Source of the DNA: Enoplolaimus lenunculus
Lineage: Eukaryota
Reading direction: 5' to 3'
DNA: 64,000 nucleotides
Assembly (NCBI GenBank): GCA_030248215.1
Contig: JASANG010003984.1
Span: forward strand, 310,001-374,000
Shown: positions 51,794 to 64,000 of the stretch, one piece after another
Layout: every line of letters begins with the position of its first letter
How positions within the stretch are numbered: position 1 is the stretch's first letter
The notes under the pieces: generated by a model
Seen by the model: only the letters and a program-made list of their open reading frames with translations
The model's database searches: none
What the model was told of the DNA's origin: nothing
Program-made: the position numbers and the translations under genes

Positions 51794-52607
51794 CTAAAAA
51801 AATAAAAAAATTCATATTCTCAAATGTGTTTCGCACCTATTTTTGCAATTACTTCTGTTGTTTTAATCATAAGCTGTCTGTTCGCGACCCCACATCAGCG
51901 AAATCGTGGTTAGTCAGTTGTTCGTTACACAACTGGCCTACAGCGAATTTTACAGTGGCGATGTTACATTATCTCTGCAATTTTTTGACTCTGGAACTTT
52001 CGCATGGTTTGTTAGTCGTTTTATTTTCATGTCAACATTTTCATTAATCAATACATACGTAGGGGCGTATACAAACGGCAAATGGTGTGCCCCCCTGCCA
52101 AAATTACTGGAGAAATGCGATAAAGACGACTCTGGGACAGGGTTTAGAATATTAATCATAGAAATCGTTCGATTAACCTCAAGATGGCCTGTAAGCATGT
52201 GAGAAATGCTTGTTCGTTATGGACACATGCAATAATGCATTGCGCTGTTGTATGCTAGCCGTCTGCATGCGTGTCGACTTATAGTCGACGACAAACGCAG
52301 TTGGAGATGCGGACGACATGACGCAGTGGTAGACCGCTTGCCTCGAAATCTGTACCCTGCTGGTTCGATGCCTCCTCTGTGGATCCGCTTTTCCAGCTGC
52401 TTAAAAAGGTCTGAAGTCTCGGTTCCTACTCATGTTGGCATGGGGTTAACACAGTACTAGAGAACGAACCTCGCGAGCGAGAATCCCAAACAGAATTTGG
52501 CCATAAAATTGAATTTTTATACAAAATTTTGGCTTTAATCCCTGTTCAAGAAGTTACCGCCTGGTCGACCCTGCCGTTGAATTCGTTCAGCGAACGCCAA
52601 AATTTAC

Positions 52608-52654
52608 CTGGTTTAAATTTGCCAGCAACGCAGTCGCTCGATTGAGTTCAGCTT
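52608..52654 (-). CDS. MPDZ: Patj/MPDZ-like exon, L27 N-terminal helix (AELNRATALLANLNQ)
   Basis: TTGTAG acceptor, CAG|GTAAAT donor, 47 nt, phase 1->0. Sequence resembles the first L27 helix. Confidence 0.75.
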
Positions 52655-53080
52655 CTACAAAATTAAACAACAAGAAAAAAAGAGATAAAATACGAAAAAA
52701 AAACAGTTGAGGTTCGAAGAAAACAAAATAGCAGACCTCTTTACGGTGGCGGTCTAAAGCATTTGTTTACAAGTTTTAGCGGAATCTTAACGCTCAAAAA
52801 AACTCACAAACACAGTGGTAACAGAACGCGCAGAACGCGTGTGTATAACAAGACGAAAAGTAACACTTGAGTGGGACATAGTTTGTAGCTAAAATTAGCA
52901 TTCTCCCTAGTACAATATATATAAATATATGTATATGTATATATGTATATATAGATATATATTATTTTTTTTAATAGTAGCAAAATAAAAATATTAATAA
53001 TATATATGTATATATAGATATATATTTATATATATTTTAATATATATATATGTATATATATATAACAAAATAAAATTAAT

Positions 53081-53272
53081 ATATTTAGAATGAAGCATTT
53101 GTCATTGGAAAAGAGGGGAAAAACTGAAACCAGAGAATTGGATAAATGTGAAAATTTTAAAACTAAATACTTTAGATTGTACATTTAGTTTAGGCTGGCA
53201 ACAGCGGATGGAATCAATTCACTGGTTTAAGTTTTCCCTTCTTTCCAATGACAAATCGGTCATTCTAAATAT
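53081..53272. repeat. Inverted repeat / foldback within TA-rich microsatellite
   Basis: ATATTTAGAATGAAGCATTTGTCATTGGAAAAG versus CTTTCCAATGACAAATCGGTCATTCTAAATAT. Confidence 0.7.
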
Positions 53273-53775
53273 ATATATGCAATACATTGCAGAGGCGTAG
53301 CCAGGATTTTAAAAAAGAGAGGGAACATGTTATAAAACATTTCCGCTCAAGATATGTTTAGAGGGGTGCGTTTTCCCCGCGGGGCTTATGTTTCGTTTTA
53401 GACTTGTCCTTATGTAGAATGCTGACGTTATAGCCTTAGTAACATGCTTAGGCCACTGTTGCACGTTTACAAGCAACATTAACCATTAACCATGATTTTT
53501 AAATAAAATACCTAAAAATTCATAGATAAATGTGGTTTAAACTAAAATCGCCTACCGGTCACAACCGTAACACTTTCACATACAAAGTGATTATAGATTT
53601 TCCTGGTTAAACGGAAACCTAATTAGCCAGGCTGAGCCTATTCTAAATTAACCATTCAGCTTCTAGCTATTGGTCAATATTTTGACATAAATTCTTAATT
53701 CGGATACGGTATAGTCAGGAGAGATCATGAGAAGCTCAAATATGCAAAAGATATCAACGTTCTATTTCCACTTAC

Positions 53776-53812
53776 CACTGCTTGTGACTGTCGGAGTATG
53801 AGACAATGGCAT
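53776..53812 (-). CDS. MPDZ: Patj/MPDZ-like gene, probable first coding exon (MPLSHTPTVTSS)
   Basis: ATG (CAT at 53810-53812), open to a strong G|GTAAGT donor in phase 1, which matches the phase-1 start of the next exon (G+AA=E). Confidence 0.65.
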
Positions 53813-54887
53813 GAGTTATTCTACTTTTCAGAAATAAATTACCTTATGAACTAAAAATTAAATGTTTAAAATTTGAATAAGCTCATTCTGAAAAATTAAA
53901 ATTATATAAATGATGGTGACATCAGATTTTTGTACTCACGCCACGACGTCCCGGGTCCGTATCCAAGGGAGGGCAGGGGGAACTCAGCCCCCTGGAAAAA
54001 TTTTGGCCCCTTCTAGAAGATTTTCAACCTTGCTTGTAAGTCATTGAAAACACTCGAATGCCATTTTTGGCCCCTCTCTAGCAAGGTGAGTTGGCTACGG
54101 GACTGCGACGTGCAAAAAATCTAAACTGGATCGGCAGCCAACTACAAAACCGTAAGAATGTCATGGAATAGAAAAATCGGGTTTCGATGCCATGGATCTG
54201 TATCCCCATCTTACAGTCTAGGTTCAAAAAAACTAACCTATCACATTCCATATTTTCGAATCTACGACAATTCGTCACCCGACAACTTGTCACTCAACAG
54301 TGTACGGCCAATAATGCATAGAACTAAACCGTTACAGTAGTATGAGCATATTCCTGAGCGTAAACCTAAGCCTAAATCCTGGGCCTAAGCGTAATTGATG
54401 GGCGACGAATTGTAGCATCGATGAAATTTCGGATTACAAGTTAGCGGTCGACGAGTTGTCAGGCGACAAATTGTCGTGATACCAAATTTGCCACAAAATT
54501 TAAACAACCCAAATCACAAACAATTTCAAGGTTTAATACCCTCTGCTTGACTGCTGAGATAATTATAAAACGTTTAAGTCGAAAGCCAATGGCTGTTACA
54601 TGGGTTCTGAGCAATTAACAATTTGAAAAGCGATATTATCCTCCAGAGTCGCCTGCAAATATATGCAATTGCAACCCCTGTAACTAGAAAAGATTTGTAT
54701 TAATTAAATGCTATCAGGGGTGTCTACATAAAATTACATTTGGGAGGCACTGAATAATTTTGTGGGACCATACAATTGCAATTCAAGATTGTTTACTTTT
54801 TGAACAAGTGATCGTTGTTGTTCCCATTATGCTAAACACACGTCAGCAAATCAGATTGCATATTAAGTTGAAATTTTTAAAAAATCG

Positions 54888-55132
54888 GGCCCATGTATAG
54901 AACAGGGCCGGAACAGTAGTATAAGTATATTCCTAAGCATAAGCCTAAGCCTAAGCCTAAGCGTATGGATGAGCCTATTCCTAAGCCTAAGCCTAAGCCT
55001 AAGCGTATGGATGAGCCTATTCCTAAGCATAAGCCTAAGCCTAAGACTAAGGCAAAAAATTAGTCTCAAGCTTAAACACACTCTATTATAGCTTCTCCGG
55101 AAAACGATCCGGCCCTGTTCTATACATGGGCC
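54888..55132. mobile_element. GG-ended MITE with (GCCTAA/TTAGGC)n core, Merlin/IS1016-like; representative of an abundant family (e.g. 12052-12276, 13275-13476, 24809-24998, 25849-26050, 28500-28669, 33950-34150, 61357-61562)
   Basis: 25-bp perfect TIR GGCCCATGTATAGAACAGGGCCGGA with 8-bp TSD AAAAATCG. Other copies have TSDs ACCCCCTC, CTTTACTG, CTGGATCG and AAAATTTT. Confidence 0.85.
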
Positions 55133-58100
55133 AAAAATCGGAATGGATCGAAACATCAACTTTAATCACAATGTCTGGCCGAATCCATTTGGATGGACTC
55201 CAAACAAAATCGGGGGGACACACAGCCGTCTAATGCCCCCCATGGGGACGTCCTTGATTGCTGTGTTTCTGATTACTTTTGTCTTAAAAATCAAACAGCA
55301 ACAGTAGTTTGTTTGAAATTTTCCATATTCAGCTCAACTTGTTCATTTCAACTCAATGTTCAAAATGGAACCATCGCTAATTCATCATCGCTGTTACTGG
55401 CGATCGCAATTTTTACCCCCCTCAAACCGTTAGTTTCTCGCATTTTAAATCTCTCGCCACCCCCGAACCGTCAAAATATCGGATTTCCGAAAAAATAGGT
55501 TGAACCTCAAACTCTCTTTTACTGAGGTCAGTTTCGTCGACACCTTAAATCAAACAAAACAACATACAAAAAAGAACGATATGCCACAAAACAAATAGCA
55601 CCGGCTCTGGGTAAGACACAGACAACATTGAAACAGTGAACACGGGGGTGAAAACCTGCAATGGTATTGGCCCTGGGGTACGAATCAGTCTGCGGACACC
55701 ATCTAAACAATTCGTTGGGGGGGTAGTGGAACTTTTAAAATTTTGTAAATTTAAATTTCAGAAAAAGGATACAATGCGATTTGCGTTCGGCATCAAGACT
55801 ACGTATGGTTATGTTTTGAAGATAGAGGGGTTGTTGTTCAACCCCTCTTAATCGAAATTCTGCAAGCACCGCTGAAAACAGCCCTCGTGAAGTTAAAAAG
55901 CGGGGGGGGGTATCAATTGAAACAATCGGGTTTTATGCGGTGGCGAAATATTGAAGATACACTTCGAAAAACACCAAAACCCTAAGAGCTGCGCCACAAT
56001 AAACAAACCCGAAAAACAACAAAGTTATACGGTACCTTGGTGTTTTACGTAGACCGGATATATGACCGCTAGATTATTGAGGATTTTCTAGCACTTTTTT
56101 TCGTACTGTTTTAGAATGACATATTCATACTAATACCAGTAAAACATTGGGCGCAATGGTCTAAATGTTTGGAACTTGTAAAAATCAGATGCTGAACGTT
56201 TTTCTGCTGGACTGCTTTAGAGCACGCTTAAACGCTATTCACACGTGCAAATTTTTGCTGCGAGAAATTGCAGCTGTAAATTGCACGCAGAACTTGCATT
56301 TTTTCATCAGCCAATGAGAAAGCGGTTGCAGAATATTCAGTGAGCTTTCATGGTTGTTCACACATGTGAACTAAATTCCTAGTTATGATTTTTAATGAAT
56401 TATTTGTAGTTGCATGTTTTTCGAACGGGATTTTGGGCAAAACTTGAAATTGCAAGTAGCAGCTGCAAGTTCTCGCTGTAAAACTTGCCACCACCTCTGA
56501 ATCGGTGGGTGCGGCTAAATCTTCCATTCCCCCTCTAGTGACGGGCCTTAGCGCAGTCCAAGATTTTGGCGAAAGGAATAACGTGGTTGGTCTTAGTGAC
56601 GCTTAGCGGTTAAAAGCGATTTTTAGCTTGAAAATTTATTCATGAGATGCTAATGGTAAGCTAACTTCAGTAAACAATTCTAAATTAAACTAAAATATAT
56701 TGGAAAAATTTTTTAGACAAATTATTTCGCAACTGTGGATACTGTGCAGGACAGCCCTTGGAGTTTTACTGACATTGTTCTCAATAGAGCTTGTGTAGTT
56801 TGATTTTCAAGGGAATACAATAATGTCAAAATTAATTTGTAGGCGTATTTCTAGCAAAATATTTGCTCCAGAGACACTGTTTTCCTAAAAGGACAGTGTT
56901 CCATTCAGTTTTTTTCCTGTATTGAAATCTAACAAACACTGTAAATTCCAATGAGTTGATTAAATCAATTCAGCTGGCGAGTTGGTTATTTCTGAATTAA
57001 TATCAGTAAACATTAAACTCACTCTGAGTTAGAGCTGCCTCTGGGTGAGTTGGTTAATTAACTCAGAATGAATTGAATCAACTCAAAATTCTGAGTACTG
57101 ATAGACCTAACTCAGACGGAGCGATTCAACTCATTCTGAGTCAAAATCAACTCACTGAAATTTACAATGAAATTACCATCGTTGAGTTGAACCAACTCGT
57201 CGTTGTGTATCTATTGCGAAGTAATGGTGTGAAATGAGTCGCGTGAAACAACAAAAATCAGTTATTCTTTATTTAGCCACGAAAAAAATCTCGGCAGGGG
57301 TCCAGGGATGCACGGTCTAGATCAATAACCAAGACCCGACACCCATAAGTAGCGATATTTCTGTTTTCATTTGTTCTCGGTTTGAAACCTATCGAGACTC
57401 AAAGACCGAGACCAAGACCGGGACCATATAAACGCCGAGGCTTATCCAGGCCGAAGCCAAGACCGAGATCGTACATCTCTGCCGGGGGGAGGCGGGGGAG
57501 GGACACATATGCATCTGAAATTGTGCCTGAGGGCACATTTCTATGGAAGGCAATTTTTTATATCACACCGAAAGCAGACATATCGCCTAACAGTTCGAAA
57601 AACTATAAGAAGTTATATAGCAACGCTAAACAGCGCTAGTTTTCGTTTAATAATTAATTATACAATAGACAGGATCTTTGGGGGAATAAACATTTTGCTA
57701 AGAACTGCCTAACGGACCACCCTCAAACTCCCAATTGGGACGGGGGGGCGGCCGATGGTGGGCCCCATGTTGGCAAAATTTTTCATGAGGATTGCGAAGT
57801 TATAGAGCTACGAAACATATAATTGTGGACACCTCAGGACCCGCTTGGGAGGGTCGACTATGCAAATGATGGTCGTGTTCCAGAGTGTAGCGCGTTAAAT
57901 CTTAGATAACCAGGGTGTAAATAGTATTTGAGCGGATATGGATTAAGAGTTACAACTCATGTTGGGTGGAACGCTCGACAAGCTAGAATGAGCAAACTAC
58001 CAAAAATTTACGACGGGTAATGCGGCAATTTCACCAGAAGTTAGAAACAAGACTATAACTTTTCCAAGAGATTAAAAATCAGCTTTAAGCAAAAACAAAT

Positions 58101-58307
58101 GTTACACCAGTTTAAACTTTGATTGTTCAAAATAATCTTTAATTAATGGGAATGAAGGTGACATTTCCAGGGACGCTGTTCGATACCGAAATATAGTCGG
58201 AACGACCGAATACCGGAATTTTCTGGTAAACCGTCCGCTCACTACTTTATGATACAAACAGGTACATTTGTAAAAGTCTATATATATACATATTTATAAT
58301 ATATATG

Positions 58308-58387
<80 letters not shown>

Positions 58388-61300
58388 CCACAATACCGTA
58401 AAATTTCCGGTTCCTGCATCTTTGAATGCAGAAACAGGAACAGGAACAGGAATCGAATTTTTGCAGGAATTCCGGCCAGAACAGGAATTCCGATTGAACC
58501 CTGATAATCTGTCGTGACAACCGTGGTTTAAAAACCACAAAACCATATTTACCGGTGTGGTAGAACTCGACAAAAATGTTTATTAAAATAGCACCAAAGA
58601 TGCAAATTCCTAAAAACTTACAAAAATAATTCCGCCCACAAAACTTAAAGTTATATCCGCCGAAATGAAACCTTGGCGAACCCTGGTTCGTCGAACCAAA
58701 ACCAAAATAGTGCAAAAATATAAAAGCTTAAAACTAAAGTCCACCGTCGAATTACAGCAGCATTGCTACGCTTGCTCGCTTCCTCGTCAAAATACAAATT
58801 ACAAATTTCAATTTTATGCTCACAACATCCGATTGAAGTAGATTAACTTTTGCTGCAGTTTAGTGGTTTATGTCAAATGATTTGCAGAGCAGTGTTGTTC
58901 ACGTTTGAGTACTTGAGAGGAATACTGTTGTCAAATTTCTTATGTTTCCGCTTACAAGCTACAGGTAAATTTTTTGCTTATTTCAACTGTATATCTTCAA
59001 GCTGGACCGGTGACATAGAGAAGGGCAAGGGAGGGGCTCGGCTTCCCGTGGATAAATTTTACCCCCGCCTGTTAGAAAATTGTCAACCTTGCTTGTAAAG
59101 TCAACGAGAACCCTTGTATGCTCATCTTGAAAATTTTGTGCTGCCCCTTACCAAGGCGAACGAGCTGCGGGTCTGCTTCAAGCATAGGTTTTACAGAGGA
59201 CTTAAAATCGGCAAGTCAGCGCCCCAACCAAGTTATTCAATTATTGGTTTGCAATAAAGTACTTGCGAGCGTGCAATCAACAACGCCCGCGAGTTCTAGG
59301 ACATAGATAAATCATCAGGCCCACGCTTAATTTGTTGTTACGCCCCTTAAAGTAACATTGGCCAATCACGCATGGAACAGATTTCGAAATCGCTTGCCTT
59401 AGGCAAAATTCGTCATTTTGCGCAAAATGATTGGTCGGTTATAGCATCAGCCGACAACAGATCAGATATGGCGCTGGCAAATCGTTAACCTATAATTCGT
59501 TAAGGCGATACGACGTTTGCACAAACGGCATGCTGTAGTTGACACAGGACCGCAACAGCCACTCGCCATACCCTCCATTTTGGGCTTGGTACCCCAAAGA
59601 ACAGCCGCCACCCTAACAAAAATATCATTTAGGGCCTGGCACCACGAAGAACAGCCCTCACCCTAACGAAAATTTTAATTAAAAAAATGAAAAATATTTT
59701 GATCATCACAAGCGGTCTCCACCCTGGAACTATAGTGCCCGGGGGGCGCCTTCATCGCTTGCTCCGACCCTGAATTTATATTTACAAAACGTTCGGCAAA
59801 ACAAGAAATTATACGCTTCTGAAATGAAATCATGGCTATACCACTGCTAACAATGTCAAAATTCAAATTTGACTACAAACGTTGAATTAGGTTTCCTTTT
59901 AAACAGAAATAACACCAAGACGTCCTGAGGTCATAAAAAAATAGACCCGTGTCTTGAAAGGCATAAACCTAAAAGTCACTCTAAAATAAACACATTTCTT
60001 GACACGAACAAGATATCATATATCGTGGTGTGTTTACCGAACCCTCCGGGTATAAAACGGGTGCCGCTACTGCGGTACAGACCTGTCCAACGTCGAGATA
60101 ATGCCGGGTCCAGAGGGGATTAGGCAATGCATCACCCACCCCCCTACCAGTTTTTTTTCGTGTGGAAAATTTTGCGGCATAAATTGTTTACTGACACTCA
60201 GTGTTTTTTAGCCAAATAGCTGACAAATATGGCTTGCAAACAACACAAGTTCAATTAAAATTGTAAATTTTAAGGTTTTGGTATTTGAATTCGGTTCAAA
60301 GATTGTAAAGTTTCAAAACACTAAAAGTATCCGTATACACCAAAAAATCCTGAAACCAGAACTATGGCGCTGGACGGCGCTGCAAGTTAAGATTTTCACA
60401 GATTGGCTTGCAGCGCCGTTTAATACCGTGCGACATCATTTTGCAACTTGGCTTTACAGTGCCGTTCGGGACTGTACCGCCATTCGCGTATGATGCCGCA
60501 CGGTCTTAACCGGCGCCAAGCGACTGCGGCCGGCATTAAATAATCATTAATAAGCATGCACTCAAAATAATATTTCTGATATTTAAGAAAAAATTTCTTA
60601 CATTTCAGAAATATAATTAGCAAGGTGCACTTGAACAGTATTTCTGTTATAACAGAAACGTTTTCAAAAAAGGTTTGAAATAAAGACTGGAAATAAACGT
60701 TTTCCAGTTATTTTCAGAAAAATTGTCTTAAATATCAGAAAAACTTTTCAGATTTGAAACAGAAAATACTTTTCTGAATAAATTCAGAAATACTTTTTTG
60801 TGTGTAGTGCAATCGTAATATTGCTTCACAATTTTTTGAACCAAAAATCAAAGTTTATAAAGTACTTCGCAATGTTGACGGTAGCGTTGTCCGGGGGTGT
60901 ATAGGTGACAGCATAAGCCTGCAAATTTTTGGAGGTAGGAAAAAAGCACGTCTACAAGCGTCAACTTAACCCACAGAATCGCAGTGTGCAACAAGCTTTA
61001 TCCTCTATGGTCGAGGGTAGAAAAACCTTGAATGGAATTATGTTTCAGGCGTACCATTGATGTGGGTCCATAATCAGGAGGGGACTATAGAGGTTCAACT
61101 TTACCTATGGTGAATTTTGAGCCCAACCTAAAAATTTGTCAACCTTGTTTGTGAAGTGCGTTCAGAATATGCCTTGGTCCAGAGCAACAAAACATGAAAC
61201 CCGTTACCGATTTGTGAAGATAAAACCTAAAATCAAGAACAAGCCAAAACCGCAGTTTAAGCCAAGGCTTAGGCGATTTCCTGAAACATAGTCTTTGCGG

Positions 61301-61949
61301 AGGACTCGTTCTGCGCACTGGTTCAAAACAATATGGGTTATGGCCTTAAAAATTTTGGCCCGTGTAAGGATCAGGGGCGGATCGTTTTTCTGTGGGACTA
61401 GAAAAGAGTAAGTTTAAGTTTTAGACTAATTATTGTTTGCTTGGCTTAGACTTAGGCTTAGGCTTACGAATATGCTCATTCTTACGCTTAGGCTTAGGCT
61501 CTGGCATAGGCTTAAGAAAACGCATATATTACTGTTCCGCCCCTGTTCTTTTTACATTGGCCAAAATTTTGAACAATTTCTTCTTCAACTAGTGAACATG
61601 TTTTGGTGTCATTTGAGTTGTTTTAATCTGACTTCGTGGTTCACTATTTAAAAATGAATTTCGTGTTGGCGGGAACTTTGATTGTCGCGAAGCTAAACTA
61701 GTAGCTAAACACCGCAACAAACGCTAAAAAAATTTATTTACGAAGCGTTTTTTGAGGAAAAACCAGTTTTAAGATTCTTTTGTGGGTTAGAATTAAAACC
61801 AATTGTTCGCTTCGTGTTATTGTTTGGGGGTTGTTTATTTGTTAGGTGAATGTGACTAATCACAACTTTAAACGGCAACGCTTGTTTCGAAACGAGTTCT
61901 AGAAAAAGTATACGTGATGCGTTTTAGCTTTCTGGGTCCAATGCATATA

Positions 61950-62327
61950 TGTTGTAACCCAAGCCGGAATTCAGCCCAATTACGAATTGGGCTAGTTCAG
62001 GGTGGAATTACGACTCGGGTTAGTCCATGGAGGAATCCTTTCTCTGTTACAAGTGCACGCCTTGTGATTGGTTTACTACCTTAATGATATACTCAAATAC
62101 GATTAGCTGATACAAATACTCCTTTCTGATTGGCTGAGCAATAGCTCCCTGTTGGCTACCAAACACTTTGTTTTACCAAGCAAAATGAAATCAAGCTGCA
62201 TTACAACCAACCAGGAAACGTGCAGCTGGTATCAGGCATAATTCTGTCTTGGGCTAGCCTAAGTCGTAATTACGCTTTGGTCTAGGCCATTTCGGAATTG
62301 GGCTGAATTACGACTTGGATTGCGACA
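61950..62327. mobile_element. Foldback MITE with long imperfect TIRs
   Basis: TGTTGTAACCCAAGCCGGAATTCAGCCCAATT... versus ...AATTGGGCTGAATTACGACTTGGATTGCGACA, in TA-rich context. Confidence 0.7.
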
Positions 62328-64000
62328 CATATACACCATTGACACCTTACCATGATACAACTCGCGGGATCGAGAGAGCGTATTTGAACCGGGTGGGACG
62401 GTATGGATCGGAATCCTATAAAAGTTGACGGAACCATAAAGATTTAAGCTCGGTAATACTAGCGTTTATTGTCGAAACAAGAATACACAAGTATGCACAC
62501 GAGTAACACAACCAGTGAAACTCGACAAGGATGTGAACTTACAGGTACGGATCTTGCAGTGATTTGTGATTGGCTAAGTTTCGTCTGAATCTTGAAAACC
62601 CGAAAATATGTTAGATATCGCAATACCTATTCTGTAAAAGCTTCAACTAACTTTATTTAAGCTTAAGGTAATCCAGCAGTATTGAACTAACTTTCTAGAT
62701 TAACTTTACTAACATGCAGGTTTACGCTTAGACTCATTTAAAATCTTACATATTTTCAGTTTAAGCTAAACTCAATGAACTCTTGGATACACATAATTTC
62801 TGGGCTGCACTCATTAATGAAACGAAAAAAGTTTACGTAAACGCGTGTTAAACTTAAAAACATGTTAGTTTAAGTAAAACTTAAAATTCTAGTTTTAGTC
62901 CGTCCAATCATTTAAGTTTTACTAAAACTAATATTGAAGATTAGTTAAGCTATATATAATTTAAATTTAAGTTTTTAGAGAGTAAGAGGTAGCTATTAAT
63001 TAACAAAAACTCTTTTTAGAAGAAAGAAACACACGGTGTTTTAGACGACGAAAAATTACAAACTGACCTACCAGATGGCTACCGACCCGAAATATGACAA
63101 TATGCAAACGCCTCTAATTTGCGTATTCGATACTTTACCGAAACAAATTTACGCCTCCGAGTAAAACTAAAAAACAACAAAACCGGAGCTGAAACAAAGC
63201 TCACTTTGCGGTGTCGGCCCCGGTCAAGGAGTGAACGCCCATCAAATATCGTTAACATCAATGGCTGATCCATGGGGGGCCACTCCGGCCGTGCCCCTTC
63301 CCAAGAGCATCTCGACAAAAATTATATAGTGCCAATTGCTGTTCTACGTTGTTTGTTTCTCCATTTTATACACAATAGTATAAGCACGCTTTATAGTTTA
63401 TTTATGGACTCTAACAAGGGTTTAAGGACTCTGCCCGCTTACGGACTCTTATTAGGGATACGGACTCCTTATTAATTGGGACTCAAAATGGGGTCCCCCT
63501 CTTATTTGAATCACTACAGTACGGGTCAAAAATAAGTTTATTATCTGTGAAATTTTGCCCCCCCCCCCCCATTTTGAGATCCTGGATCCGCCACTGGTTA
63601 ACATACTAGAAAATATTAATTTATTTTATACAAAACACAGCCAAAATTGATGAAAGTTCAAAAAACTTGCAAGACAAATGGAAAAATCATGAAACATACA
63701 GCAAATAAAACAACAACAAACATCGAACATAACAACCGTATTGCTAAAATGACCATTTTACGACTAAATCAGAAAATATTTGGTGAAAAAATGCTACAGC
63801 TGTTAGCCAATTTAAAAAACAGGAGCGGAACAGTATTATAAGCATATTTTTAAGCATAAGTCTATTAGCCTAAGCCTAAACTTAAGCGTAAGGATGAGCA
63901 TACTCCTAAGCCTAAGCCTAAGCCTAAAGCCTAAGTTAAGCAAAACAATTAGTGTAAAACTTAAGCTTGCTCTATTCTAGTCCCACACGAAAACGTTCCA

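Noticed and set aside
58247..58715. YIYIYI-containing ORFs (also 32977-33190)
   Set aside because: (TA)n microsatellite read-through.

Overview
AT-rich animal (invertebrate) genomic DNA, not prokaryotic. The window holds the 5' part of one intron-rich gene on the minus strand, a Patj/MPDZ (MUPP1/mpz-1)-family L27 + multi-PDZ scaffold. I reconstructed 11 phase-consistent GT-AG coding exons, from an ATG at 53812 to an exon ending at 50. They encode L27, a divergent PDZ1 carrying a ~190-aa insertion, and a canonical PDZ2. One intron is ~41.2 kb (1818-43010). The introns are packed with mobile DNA. A decayed piggyBac (26537-28404) sits in a four-layer nest. A young 5'-truncated Penelope-like retroelement has a 931-bp inverted arm (40011-42598). 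There are many MITE families: GG-ended 8-bp-TSD MITEs with (TTAGGC)n cores, hAT-like MITEs, CAC...GTG/TA foldbacks, and TTAA-flanked piggyBac-type MITEs carrying a tRNA-like A/B-box cassette. Several GC-rich satellites have expanded inside MITEs. No CRISPR, rRNA or genuine tRNA gene could be supported. All alignments and folds were done by eye; no database searches were run.
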